Shown here piece after piece: positions 30,897-41,511 of a DNA stretch of 64,000 bases (its first letter is position 1; the number at the start of each line of letters is the position of its first letter). A program made the position numbers and the translations under genes. The notes under the pieces are model-generated. The model saw nothing but the letters and a program-made list of their open reading frames with translations, was not told where the DNA came from and ran no database searches. This DNA comes from an uncultured candidate division Zixibacteria bacterium (lineage in GTDB: Bacteria > Zixibacteria > MSB-5A5 > UBA10806): NCBI GenBank assembly GCA_963817915.1, contig CAWFQL010000012.1, forward strand, positions 576,001 through 640,000, written 5' to 3'.

Positions 30897-31243
30897 TTTA
30901 ACGCATCCTTTTTCCAGGCATAGGCTAATCCGAAAATCAGAATAGCCAAAAATATTAGCATTTCAACCAGGGCAAACAGGCCGAGCTTCTTAAAGGCTAC
31001 CGCCCATGGAAACAAAAATACTACTTCAACATCGAATATGACGAATATCAAAGCATAAATATAGTAGCCGACATTATATTGAATCCAGGACGAGCCCACA
31101 GGCACTTCGCCGCATTCATAGTTTTGATTTTTTATTTTGCTGGGTCGGCTGGGTCTGACCAGGCTGGCTATAAATAAAGTGACCAGCACAAAGCCCATAC
31201 CTACTATAAGGAATATTCCAATTATTGAATAATCACCAATCAT
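30887..31243 (-). CDS. nuoA: NADH-quinone oxidoreductase subunit A
   Basis: [20 protein letters not shown] and [10 protein letters not shown] motifs. Start is uncertain (31243 or 31273). Confidence 0.95.
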   Translation of the reverse strand: MIGDYSIIGIFLIVGMGFVLVTLFIASLVRPSRPSKIKNQNYECGEVPVGSSWIQYNVGYYIYALIFVIFDVEVVFLFPWAVAFKKLGLFALVEMLIFLAILIFGLAYAWKKDALKWV

Positions 31244-31697
31244 CTTTCGCATCCCTTTTGTGAACCCATTCACTACCTCTCACAAAAATCTTTTTGAAAA
31301 AAACTCAATTCGTCAAGAATGTCAAGATTAATTTTTAGATTTATTAATTAATTTCATTTTCAGGCAAAGATATATATCAAATTGATAATTGACTCAAAAC
31401 CATTTTTTGCCAAAAAATTATCAATCATGCCTTTTCGATGATCTATAAAGATATTGATCCATGATCAAATTCTATCATAATATCGGATTTAAAATCTGCC
31501 GTAAATGAAGTTTTGAAAATCAATATTGTATAGGATTAAGCAGTTGAATTTTTATCAGAGCCTTCATCTGATCGAAGAAAAAATATGAAATCAAAATGTT
31601 TTACCAAAAAAAATGATGCAAAAATAAAAATTATTGAGAACAAATATTTTATTCATTTAGTTTGACAGAATGGGATGATGATTATAAAATCAAAGCA

Positions 31698-33476
31698 ATG
31701 AAAGTCACTATCGGAAGAACAAGCGAACGATTTGCCGCCAATCTTGAGCAGCTGAAGAAAGAATCAACTGATCAGATTAGAAGATCATTCGATTCTATAG
31801 TTACTCTCAAGGATTTTCTTTCTGAGGCTGATGCTATTCAGCAAACCGAGCGATATACGAAACTCGTATCGAAGCTTGATTCGGTTGAAAAACGTCTTTC
31901 GAGATTCGAGGACTCGCTCAGCGATCGAGTCAGCAAGCTTATCCGCGAATACGATAAATTGAAATCGGAAGTCGACGGTGTAGCGCAAGAAAGAAAAATC
32001 TATAAGACATTGTTCGAACTTTCGACATTAATATCATCTCAAAATGATATCGAAGATATCCTGCCCAATGTTGTTCAGTCGACCGCGGAATTGCTCAATT
32101 GCGATCATGCTGTTTTGCAGATGGTTGATGAGGACGGCGAAATACTTCTTCAAGTCAATTCCGAGGGAGCCGATGGCAAGCCAAGCAATTACGCGCCATC
32201 CCGAAAAATTTCCGATGCCGTTATGAGCACCGGCGATCCGGTCTTGATCGAATCGACCAATAATGATGACTGCGGATGCACTCTTTGCTTCCCGCTTAAA
32301 TCCGGCGAAAATGTCTGCGGTCTTCTACATGTGGTTCGTTCGAAAAAGGCCTTCTCCCCATCGGAGATGGAGTTGCTGAAGACGCTTTCGGGGCGAATAG
32401 GGCTTTCGGTTGAATCCAATCTCATACTCTCAGACCTTGCCAATTCGCGGGAAACATTGATCGAGGATCTTCGCGATAGATATGATTTTGAGGAGATCAT
32501 CGGCAATTCGCCGGAAATCGCCAGAGTACTGGCGACAATCGCCGATGTTGCCGAAACCGAAAGCGCCGTATTAATTGAAGGCGAGTCGGGGACGGGCAAG
32601 GAACTGCTGGCTCGTGCCCTGCATAATAATTCGAAACGAAAAGATCAGCCGTTCGTGGCGATCAACTGCGCGGCAATTCCCGAGACTCTGCTCGAATCGG
32701 AGTTGTTCGGATATGAGAAGGGCGCGTTCACCGGAGCAGTAGCCCGCAAATTGGGAAAATTCGATCTCGCCAATGACGGTACTATATTCCTCGATGAGAT
32801 TGGCGAGCTGACACCGTTGCTTCAAGTCAAGCTGCTTAGATTTCTTCAATCGCATGAATTCGAGCCGCTCGGCTCCACATCGGTGAAAATAGCCAATGTC
32901 AGAATAATTTCGGCCACCAAAAAGGACCTTGGCAAAATGGTCGAATCGGGTGAATTCCGCGATGATCTATATTATCGTATCAATGTCATCGCGGTTAGAT
33001 TGCCGTCATTATCCGAGCGAATCAGCGACATCGATATTCTGGCTAATCATTTTTTGAAAAAATATGCTGAAAAAAATAGCAAAAAAATCAAGGCCATCGA
33101 TGATATGGCGTTGAGCTTTCTAAAGGAATACAATTATCCCGGCAATATACGCGAGCTCGAAAATATAATTGAAAGAGCGGTTGTGCTCTGCAAGGGGGAT
33201 ATTTTAAGCTCAGCTGATTTGCCTGATTGTGTAAAGAAAAATAGCAAAGAAATAGAAAAACCGCCCGCGTCGGCTAAGGAACTCCAGGAGCACACAAAGA
33301 AGATATGGCGGGAAACAATTTTACCTCTCGAGCGAAATTTCGTGCTGCGAATGTTGGAAGCAAGCAGCGGTAATATTTCCGCCGCCGCCAGGCAAGCAGG
33401 GATGCATAGGAAGCAATTTCAACGAATTTTGCGCCGATGCGGTCTTCCTGCAAATGGGCAAAATCAGGATTCATAG
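31698..33476 (+). CDS. Sigma-54-dependent activator (coiled coil, GAF, AAA+, Fis HTH)
   Basis: [40 protein letters not shown] and [12 protein letters not shown] motifs. Confidence 0.93.
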   Translation: MKVTIGRTSERFAANLEQLKKESTDQIRRSFDSIVTLKDFLSEADAIQQTERYTKLVSKLDSVEKRLSRFEDSLSDRVSKLIREYDKLKSEVDGVAQERKIYKTLFELSTLISSQNDIEDILPNVVQSTAELLNCDHAVLQMVDEDGEILLQVNSEGADGKPSNYAPSRKISDAVMSTGDPVLIESTNNDDCGCTLCFPLKSGENVCGLLHVVRSKKAFSPSEMELLKTLSGRIGLSVESNLILSDLANSRETLIEDLRDRYDFEEIIGNSPEIARVLATIADVAETESAVLIEGESGTGKELLARALHNNSKRKDQPFVAINCAAIPETLLESELFGYEKGAFTGAVARKLGKFDLANDGTIFLDEIGELTPLLQVKLLRFLQSHEFEPLGSTSVKIANVRIISATKKDLGKMVESGEFRDDLYYRINVIAVRLPSLSERISDIDILANHFLKKYAEKNSKKIKAIDDMALSFLKEYNYPGNIRELENIIERAVVLCKGDILSSADLPDCVKKNSKEIEKPPASAKELQEHTKKIWRETILPLERNFVLRMLEASSGNISAAARQAGMHRKQFQRILRRCGLPANGQNQDS

Positions 33477-33503
33477 AGTCTTTTTATAAATATATTTCTC
33501 CAA

Positions 33504-33590
33504 TGCGACAAACGTGTCGCAACCTATTTTGATAGGGGAGTTTTACAATTTTCATAACTATCATATAAAAAATGCGACAGCGGTGACGCA
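33504..33590. promoter_or_regulatory. Pair of palindromic UAS-like sites
   Basis: TGCGACA-AACG-TGTCGCA (33504-33521) and TGCGACA-GCGG-TGACGCA (33573-33590), about 100-185 bp upstream of a sigma-54 box. Confidence 0.7.
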
Positions 33591-33688
33591 TTTTCATATC
33601 TTATTGGCTAATAACGAGATTCGTGAAATTAGTTGTATCTTGTTATGGTTTAATGGATTACGCTTTTGTGCGAGTTATTTTTGATGAT

Positions 33689-33704
33689 TGGCACGATATT
33701 TGCG
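33689..33704 (+). promoter_or_regulatory. Sigma-54 (-24/-12) promoter
   Basis: TGGCAC-GATAT-TTGC is an exact match to TGGCAC-N5-TTGC. Confidence 0.85.
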
Positions 33705-33728
33705 TTTAATAATGATTCGGTGAAGTGT

Positions 33729-34124
33729 ATGAAAGAACAAAAGTTAGCGACAAAGCCAAACTCGGTTGACATTGACCTTCAAAATCAAGTCATGGAAGCG
33801 GCGCTTGAGGTCCACAAAAATATGGGTCTGGGTTTCGGGTCTGAAGAATATGGCTGGGCTCTTGCCTATGAATTTGGACTCCGCAATATACCTTTCGAGA
33901 GAAAGAAGAATGTGAAGTTATCGTATAAGGGCGCGGTTGCCGGAGAATACAATGTTGATTTTGTCATAGGGAATACTCTGATCGTATCGATTTCAACAGG
34001 GGACCATTTGACAGATATGGATGAGGCTAAATTAAAGAGCATACTTAGAGCGATAAAAATGAAAACCGGACTAACAGTTAACTTTTCCAAGGACATCTTG
34101 GAAATTAGAACGGTGGAACGTTGA
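33729..34124 (+). CDS. GxxExxY-family protein with a degenerate motif
   Basis: AALEVHKNMGLGFGSEEY..AL..E, ..YKG..GEY.VDFVI and GLTVNF follow the family pattern. Confidence 0.8.
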   Translation: MKEQKLATKPNSVDIDLQNQVMEAALEVHKNMGLGFGSEEYGWALAYEFGLRNIPFERKKNVKLSYKGAVAGEYNVDFVIGNTLIVSISTGDHLTDMDEAKLKSILRAIKMKTGLTVNFSKDILEIRTVER

Positions 34125-34145
34125 GTGCCGAAGGGAGGTGAAACC

Positions 34146-34211
34146 ATGCCGGCAAAGAAGAAAGCTGCAAAGAAGAAAGCCACAAAGAAGGCTGCCAAGA
34201 AGAAAAAATAA
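34146..34211 (+). CDS. 21-aa Lys/Ala-rich histone-H1-like peptide MPAKKKAAKKKATKKAAKKKK
   Basis: Strong SD GGGAGGTG 5 nt before the ATG, synonymous codon variation, and a terminator downstream. Not in the ORF track. Confidence 0.75.
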   Translation: MPAKKKAAKKKATKKAAKKKK

Positions 34212-34235
34212 TTACTGGTAAATAGCCTTATTTAT

Positions 34236-34265
34236 AAAGTCCGCTCCGTGCGGACTTTTTTATTT
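34236..34265 (+). terminator. Intrinsic terminator
   Basis: AAAGTCCGC-TCCGT-GCGGACTTT followed by a T-tract. Confidence 0.8.
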
Positions 34266-34301
34266 GAATTTCATGCCGATTTAATTATAGTCTGTAGTTC
34301 T

Positions 34302-34670
34302 ATGACAAAAGTAAGACAAAAATATTGGTGGCTCACCCTTGTATGGGCGGCGCTCATACTTACTGTATCATCAATTCCCAATTTATCAACACCATCGCTG
34401 GGAATTACATTCGCAGATAAAATAGCGCATTTCGGTGAATATTTTATTTTTGGAGTATTGGTGGGTTATAGCCTCTTAATCAGATTGCCAAAGAGCATCA
34501 CCTTATTTTCATATTCAGCTATTATCTGTGGAGTATTTGGGATACTCGACGAGATTCATCAGCATTTTATCAGCGGAAGAACCGCAGACCCGTTAGATGC
34601 CCTCGCGGATATTCTGGGATCGGCCGCGGGCATCGCGGTCTATATTTGGTGGAAAAGGCGCCATTCTTGA
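34302..34670 (+). CDS. VanZ-family membrane protein
   Basis: DKIAHFGEY, DEIHQHFISGR and DALADILG motifs. Confidence 0.9.
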   Translation: MTKVRQKYWWLTLVWAALILTVSSIPNLSTPSLGITFADKIAHFGEYFIFGVLVGYSLLIRLPKSITLFSYSAIICGVFGILDEIHQHFISGRTADPLDALADILGSAAGIAVYIWWKRRHS

Positions 34671-34757
34671 TTATCCTTAGTATTGACTATATAAATAATG
34701 TTCAATATCATTATATATTGCCGGTTGATGTATTAACTTTTGGAGGACGACCTTATT

Positions 34758-36050
34758 ATGGCAGAGCAAAAAATTAAAGCTATCTATGGAACTAAGGACA
34801 TTCTGCCGCCGGAATCCAATCTTTGGCTTCGGGTAATCTCAACTATTGCTCGAATTGCCTCTGAATATAATTACCATTTTATAAATCCTCCGATATTCGA
34901 GGCTACAGAGCTTTTCGCACGCGGAATCGGGGAAACTACCGATGTCGTATCGAAAGAAATGTATACATTCAACGATCAAGGCAATAGATCGCTTACGTTG
35001 AGACCTGAGGGCACCGCCGGGGTTGTCAGGGCTTATATTGAGCATTCCATGTGGGCCGCGCAGGGGTTGACCAAATTCTGGTATCTCGGTCCGATGTTTC
35101 GCCAGGAACGGCCTCAGGCGGGGAGGTTCCGTCAATTCCATCAATTCGGTATCGAGGCTATCGGCTCTCTTGATCCGGCTATCGACGCCGAAATTATCGA
35201 TCTCAATTATCGAATATTACAAAGACTTGGAATCGAAAATCTCGAAGTGCATATAAATTCAGTAGGGATGCCTGAAGACAGAAAACGGCATAAGGACGCA
35301 TTCGTAAAATTCGTGGAGCCGGAGCTTCCGGCGTTCTGTGCCGATTGCCAGAGAAGATTTCAACTGAATCCGCTCAGAATGTTCGACTGCAAGGAAAAAT
35401 CCTGCCAGAAAATCCTGGCTGACGCTCCGGTAATTTTTGATTTTCTCTCAAATGAAAATCACGAACACTTTGATCAGGTTGTCGAATATTTGGGAATGGC
35501 TGAAGTTCCATTCCATAAGGATAAGAGAATGGTAAGAGGATTGGATTATTATTCCCGTACCGCCTGGGAAATCAAATCATCCAAGTTGGGCGCGCAGGAT
35601 TCCCTTTCCGGCGGTGGGCGATATGATTTGTTGGTCGAACAGCTCGGCGGGCCCCCAACGCCCGCTATCGGATTTGCGGCAGGTATTGAACGAATCGTCC
35701 TGGCAATGAGCTCGGAGGATGAACAGACGACGGAGAATTTGTTCGGTTTTTATGTCGTGCTGAGCAGCTCGGAATACAAATCCGAGGCATTCAGACTTGC
35801 GACCAAAATCAGGAGTCTGGGTATTCCAGCCGATATAGATTATTTAAGGCGGTCTATGAAGGCCCAGATGAAACAAGCTGATAAGAGCGGCCTCAGCCAT
35901 GCGATCATACTGGCCGAAAACGAGCTTGCCCGGGGAGAAGTAATTATCAAGGATTTGCGAAATTCGGAGCAGATGGAAATAAAGCTGGATTATATTTATG
36001 GTTTTACAAATTCCGATCAACTTGGAGAGATAATTGGGCATATCAGATAA
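34758..36050 (+). CDS. hisS: Histidine--tRNA ligase
   Basis: LRPEGTA, FRQERPQAGRFRQFHQ, RGLDYY and GGGRYD motifs. Confidence 0.98.
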   Translation: MAEQKIKAIYGTKDILPPESNLWLRVISTIARIASEYNYHFINPPIFEATELFARGIGETTDVVSKEMYTFNDQGNRSLTLRPEGTAGVVRAYIEHSMWAAQGLTKFWYLGPMFRQERPQAGRFRQFHQFGIEAIGSLDPAIDAEIIDLNYRILQRLGIENLEVHINSVGMPEDRKRHKDAFVKFVEPELPAFCADCQRRFQLNPLRMFDCKEKSCQKILADAPVIFDFLSNENHEHFDQVVEYLGMAEVPFHKDKRMVRGLDYYSRTAWEIKSSKLGAQDSLSGGGRYDLLVEQLGGPPTPAIGFAAGIERIVLAMSSEDEQTTENLFGFYVVLSSSEYKSEAFRLATKIRSLGIPADIDYLRRSMKAQMKQADKSGLSHAIILAENELARGEVIIKDLRNSEQMEIKLDYIYGFTNSDQLGEIIGHIR

Positions 36051-37881
36051 TAATATTTATAAGACATGGATCAGGACGCATACCTGCGGCGAATTAAACG
36101 AATCGAATGTCGGCCTTGAAGTATCATTATGCGGATGGGTTCATGGTCATCGCGATCTCGGAGGATTGATATTCATAGATTTGCGCGATCGCTGGGGGAT
36201 TACCCAGATAGCATTCGATCCCAAGGATGTGACCGGCCCATATCTCGAAATAGCCCGTTCGGTGCGATACGAATACTCGATCAGGGTGATCGGCAAAGTC
36301 AGAATGCGCCCGGAGCCGTCACGCGACACCAACAATCCGACGCGACTGATTGAAATTCAGGCGGCTACAATTGAAATATTGAACCAATCCGCCACACCAC
36401 CCTTCATGGTTGAAAATAATACCACAGCCTCAGAGGAGCTCAGATTGAAGTTTCGCTATCTCGATCTCCGAAGACCAGTATTGCGCGATAAAATCCTTTT
36501 GCGCCACAAGGCTACGATGGAAATCAGGAAATATCTTGATTCCAAGGGCTTTGTCGAGATTGAGACTCCGCTGCTTATAAGATCGACACCGGAAGGCGCC
36601 CGGGATTTTATAGTGCCGTCGAGGGAGCACAAGGGCAAATTCTACGCCTTGCCGCAATCGCCCCAGCTTTTCAAGCAGATATTGATGATATCAGGTTTTG
36701 ATAGATATTTCCAGTTGGCCAAATGCCTGCGCGATGAGGACCTCCGAGCCGATAGGCAGCCCGAGCATACCCAGATCGATATGGAAATGACATTTGTATC
36801 TATCGATGACATATTTTCCGTTGTCGAAGGAATGATGAAGCATCTGTTCAAGGCTGTCCTGAATGAGGAAATACCGATTCCATTCAAGCGATATTCATAT
36901 CAGGAAGTAATGGACAAATACGGAAGTGATAAGCCCGATCTCAGATTCGGATTTGAAATAATCGATTACAGTGATATTTTTGGTCAAACAGGCTTTAGGG
37001 TATTCTCGGACGTAATAAAATCAGGTGGAGTTATTCGCGGCATAAAGGTGCCGGGTGGAGCCGGGCTATCCCGGAAGCAAATCGATAATTATACCGAAAC
37101 CATAAAGCAAAATGGCGGCAAGGGGCTGGCCTATATCGGGCGAGCCGATGGCGGAATTAAATCGTCAATTGCCAAAAACCTCAGCCAGGATGAAATAAAT
37201 AAATGCTTTGAACGAGCAAATCTGGCTGAAGGCGATATGCTTTTTATAGTAGCCGATAGATGGAAAGTAGTCTGTGACAGTCTCGGCGCACTCCGCAAGG
37301 AAATCGGCAGGCTCTCGATGAACGCTAATTCTCCCAAATGGGCTTTTCTCTGGGTGACGGAATTCCCGTTATTCGAATATCATCCCGAAATGAAGAGATT
37401 CGACGCCATGCATAATATTGTGACATCGCCCTGCGCATCAGATATAAAATTCCTTGATGATGGATTTAATAGCCAACTGCCTCTCGACCATCCTGACCAT
37501 CCCTGGGGGAAAATCAGAGCCAATCAATATGATATGGTTATCAACGGCATGGAAACGGCATCCGGAGGCATAAGAATTCACGACCGCAAGATGCAGGAGA
37601 AAGTGCTTTCGATTCTTGGAATAAACGCGGAACGGGCAGACAAAATGTTTGGTTTCCTACTGCGTGCTCTGGAATATGGAGCTCCTCCGCACGGCGGGAT
37701 AGCACCGGGATTAGATAGAATAATTACACTTATGACAGGATCAGATTCAATACGCGACGTTATAGCATTCCCAAAGACAACCGCCGCTCAATCGCTCATG
37801 GATGGCTCTCCGGCGGATGTCGATTCGAGCCAACTCGATGAATTGGGGATATCAATCAAGGAATCTAAATCCTCGGAATAG
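36034..37881 (+). CDS. aspS: Aspartate--tRNA ligase
   Basis: RTHTCG, RDLGGLIFIDLRD, LPQSPQLFKQ and GAPPHGGIAPGLDR motifs. Confidence 0.98.
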   Translation: MGISDNNIYKTWIRTHTCGELNESNVGLEVSLCGWVHGHRDLGGLIFIDLRDRWGITQIAFDPKDVTGPYLEIARSVRYEYSIRVIGKVRMRPEPSRDTNNPTRLIEIQAATIEILNQSATPPFMVENNTTASEELRLKFRYLDLRRPVLRDKILLRHKATMEIRKYLDSKGFVEIETPLLIRSTPEGARDFIVPSREHKGKFYALPQSPQLFKQILMISGFDRYFQLAKCLRDEDLRADRQPEHTQIDMEMTFVSIDDIFSVVEGMMKHLFKAVLNEEIPIPFKRYSYQEVMDKYGSDKPDLRFGFEIIDYSDIFGQTGFRVFSDVIKSGGVIRGIKVPGGAGLSRKQIDNYTETIKQNGGKGLAYIGRADGGIKSSIAKNLSQDEINKCFERANLAEGDMLFIVADRWKVVCDSLGALRKEIGRLSMNANSPKWAFLWVTEFPLFEYHPEMKRFDAMHNIVTSPCASDIKFLDDGFNSQLPLDHPDHPWGKIRANQYDMVINGMETASGGIRIHDRKMQEKVLSILGINAERADKMFGFLLRALEYGAPPHGGIAPGLDRIITLMTGSDSIRDVIAFPKTTAAQSLMDGSPADVDSSQLDELGISIKESKSSE

Positions 37882-37888
37882 GACAAAG

Positions 37889-38866
37889 ATGGTAACTCAA
37901 AAGACAATAGAATTAAAGGATATTGATCCACGTCTGCTTCTTGGCAATGACCATTCGCATCTAAAGCTTATCGAAGACGAGCTCGAAGTTCAGATTATTG
38001 CCCGCGGCGATTGGATCAATGTCAAAGGCGAATCCGACAATGTCGATAAAGCGATCAAAATAATCTATGACATCATAGATCATGTAAAGGCCACCGGCGA
38101 GCTTAATGAACGGTATATCATATATTCCATAGCGGTTGTCATGGAAAATGGCTCCGGCCCGTCAAAAGATGTGGATAATGAATCCGGGGTCATCGCCTCG
38201 CTTGCCACTCAGAAAATAATAAAACCCAAGACAGTCGGCCAGAAATCATATATAGATATGATGGAAGCGAAAGATATCGTATTCGTAATCGGACCGGCTG
38301 GAACGGGAAAAACCTATCTTGCTGTAGCCATGGCAGTCAAAGCGTTCAAGAATAAGCAGGTTGCCAGGATTGTCCTGACCAGACCCGCGGTCGAGGCTGG
38401 TGAGAATCTGGGCTTTTTGCCGGGAGATATTCGCGCGAAAGTTGACCCATACCTAAGACCGCTTTATGACGCACTTCAGGATATGATGATGTTTGAGAAA
38501 GTTAAAAAGCTCATGGAATTAGGTGTAATCGAAATCGCCCCACTGGCCTTCATGCGCGGGCGCACGCTCAATAACGCTTTTGTAATTCTAGATGAAGCGC
38601 AGAACACGACCAGCGCCCAGATGTTAATGTTTCTAACTCGATTAGGTGAAGGTTCTCAAGCCGTAATTACCGGTGATGTTACTCAAATCGATTTAGTCAA
38701 CAAAGGCGCCTCCGGTCTTCTACCCACGCAAAAAATATTGGGCCATATTAATGGAATCGGATTTTGCCAGCTAACTGAAAAAGATGTGGTCAGGCACAGG
38801 CTGGTTCAGGATATAATCAAAGCCTATGGCAAGGTATCTGAAGCCAAGAAAAAGGCCAAAGGATAA
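37889..38866 (+). CDS. phoH: PhoH-family ATPase (YbeZ-like)
   Basis: GPAGTGKT, RPAVEAGE, LAFMRGRT and DEAQN motifs. Confidence 0.95.
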   Translation: MVTQKTIELKDIDPRLLLGNDHSHLKLIEDELEVQIIARGDWINVKGESDNVDKAIKIIYDIIDHVKATGELNERYIIYSIAVVMENGSGPSKDVDNESGVIASLATQKIIKPKTVGQKSYIDMMEAKDIVFVIGPAGTGKTYLAVAMAVKAFKNKQVARIVLTRPAVEAGENLGFLPGDIRAKVDPYLRPLYDALQDMMMFEKVKKLMELGVIEIAPLAFMRGRTLNNAFVILDEAQNTTSAQMLMFLTRLGEGSQAVITGDVTQIDLVNKGASGLLPTQKILGHINGIGFCQLTEKDVVRHRLVQDIIKAYGKVSEAKKKAKG

Positions 38867-41104
38867 TGTTGTTTAATCTATTCAGAAAAAAACCGATGCA
38901 GGTTTCTATTGGAGCCGAGGAAAATAGTTCGGAGAAGACCAATGGTTCCTTTAGCGGCTACAAGCTTTGGTTTAGAATCGTACTCCCCGCGGCGCTTATA
39001 TTCGGGATTACGTTTCTTTATCCCATAGACAAAATTTATATGCCTATTGAGATTCCGCAGGTAGGCGAGATCGCATCTAGAGACGTACTGGCGCCCTTCG
39101 ATTATCCTATATTCAAATCTGATGACGAGCTCCGTAGAGACCGGCAGCTGGTTGTAGCCAATCTCAGGCCGGTTGTCGCGTTGGATACATTGATGACGAA
39201 TGCCATAGAATACCGCATCAGATATTTTTTCAAAATCGCCGACTCTCTCAACTCAAAATATACGAATCCTCCCCGGTTTATTCAGCTTATGCGCTCGGAA
39301 TTTCCATCGATCCCGGATAGTATTATTGTAGGTGTTAGAAACAATCTGAAAAGTCGCAGTTTTTCAAAAGTATGTATCGGTGTTGTTGATTCGGCAATGG
39401 AAACGGGTATATATTCGGATATAAATAATCTCCCTCTGGAGACTTCGGGCCTGGTTACCCTTGATAACAGGGGGCTTATCAAGACGATTGCTAGGGATCA
39501 ACTGGTTGATTCAAGTGAAGCCAGGATATATGTAGCGGCTCAAGTTCAGAAAATGCTTGGTTCTCAATCGCCAGCTCAGACTATCGCCGAAAGCCTGATA
39601 TGGCATTTTCTCGAACCCAACCTCGATTTCGATGAAGACGCGACTGAAATAAATAGAAATATAGAATTAGATGCCATCAAGAATGATAAGGGATGGGTCT
39701 ATAAGGGCGAAAAAATAATTCGCGCCAACGAAAGAGTAACCGAGCTTCATCGAGATAAACTTCTTTCATTGGCCCGTTACAGCAAGACCAGCCTTCGTCA
39801 GCAGGGATTCTGGCATTTTATCCTGCCTCCATTGGGACGGCTGTTCTTTATCGTATTTCCGATAATGCTCTTTGGATTTTACCTATATTCTTTTAGGCGG
39901 CATATTTTTGATTCCGATACGGCACTGACGCTATTTGCGTTTTTATTCGCGATACTGGTGATAATCCTGAATATCGTGATGGGGCAGACATATCTATCTC
40001 CCTATTTGGTGCCAATTACCATAGCCTCTATGCTCATAACTATTGCATATGATATAGAGACAGGACTTTTCCTTACATTCTCGGCATCATTATTAATGGG
40101 GATTTTGGCCGGCTTCAAGCTCGATATTGTTTTTGTAAGCATGGCGGCCGGGACTGTAGCGGCATTTGCGGTTAAGCAGGTGAGGCATAGGCATGAGTTT
40201 TATCGTTCGATATTGTATCTATCGATTGTCTATTTTGGAACCGTTTATGTGATTGAATCGGTAAAATTGACTCCGCCAGTCGATCTCTGGCGGCATGTGG
40301 GTTTTGCGGTCATTAACGGTTTTCTTTCGCCGATTCTGACAATAGGATTTTTACCGCTGGTTGAAACTACATTCAAATTGACTACCGATATCACGTTGCT
40401 CGAATTATCGGACTTAAACCGTCCGTTGCTAAAACGGCTCGCCCTAGAGGCTCCGGGCACTTACCATCACTCTATAATGATTGGTTCGCTGGCCGAGGAC
40501 GCCGCCAAGGCGATCAATGCCAATTCGCTTCTTAGCGAGGGTAGGCTCATATTATCATGATATAGGCAAAATGCTGAAGCCGGAATATTTTGTAGAAAAT
40601 CAAATGGGGGCCAAAAACAAGCACGAAAAATTGGCGCCATCCATGTCGGCATTAATTCTCGAAGCCCACGTAAAAGAGGGGAAAGAACTTGCGCAAAAGC
40701 ATGGCTTGCCCGAATGCATAATTGATTTTATTACGGGCCATCATGGCACCAGCGTAATGACATTTTTCTATGAAAAGGCCAAGACTCTGGAAGGCGAGGA
40801 TGTCGATATAAATGAATATCGTTATCCGGGGCCGAAGCCGTTAAGCAAGGAAGTGGCGATAGTGATGCTGGCCGATTCAGCGGAGGCCGCTTCGCGCGCG
40901 CTCGAAGATCCCAAACCGGCGAGAATTAAATCTTTGGTCAAGAAGACCATTTCGCTCAAATTTGAATCGGGCGAGCTTGAAAACTGCGATTTGACTCTCC
41001 GTGATCTCCATCAAATAGAGGAAAGTTTCTCGCGAGTCCTCACCGGGATATTCCATAGAAGAATAGTTTATCCCGAAAAAAAGCCTGAAGGGGTTAGATT
41101 CTGA
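38866..41104 (+). CDS. 7TM-HDIG phosphohydrolase (PgpH-like), with a frameshift near 40535
   Basis: Extracytoplasmic domain plus 7TM, EAPGTYHHS, then YYHDIGK, HHGT and MLADSAEA in the next frame. Confidence 0.9.
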
Positions 41105-41118
41105 GCATTAATATCGTA

Positions 41119-41511
41119 ATGGCCGATAAAAGGTTTAAAATTGATTATAAAGAGATTTCAGGCATAGCCCGAAAAGTAATCGCTTCAGAATCGGCAAAAT
41201 CGAAATTCCTTGATATTATCTACTGCAACGACTCTCTGATAACCAAATTAAACAATATGTTTTTAAGCAAGAATAATACGACCGACGTCATGGCGTTTAA
41301 TCTGGATGATAATGCAAAAAAGGATTACCTCGGAGAAGTTTATATCAATTTGATGCAGGCCCGCAGGCAATCAATGGTCTTTGAGGTCGACTATTTCGAA
41401 GAAGTAAAACGATTGACAATTCATGGGATTTTGCATCTCTTGGGGTATAATGATAACGATAATAAGAATCGTCTAAAAATGTGGAGCCGTCAGGAGAGTT
41501 ACCTAAGGTGA
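41119..41511 (+). CDS. ybeY: rRNA maturation RNase YbeY
   Basis: TDVMAF, LGEVYI and HGILHLLGY motifs; phoH-ybeY-corC synteny. Confidence 0.88.
   Translation: MADKRFKIDYKEISGIARKVIASESAKSKFLDIIYCNDSLITKLNNMFLSKNNTTDVMAFNLDDNAKKDYLGEVYINLMQARRQSMVFEVDYFEEVKRLTIHGILHLLGYNDNDNKNRLKMWSRQESYLR

Noticed and set aside
31274..31697. ncRNA or riboswitch in the long AT-rich intergenic regions (also 44060-44535, 51130-51410, 54720-54988)
   Set aside because: No recognisable tRNA or riboswitch motif and no strong structure; these look like promoter regions.
33866..34198. Antisense Phe/Ala-rich ORFs (also 43829-44176)
   Set aside because: They are shadows of the Lys/Ala-rich genes on the opposite strand.
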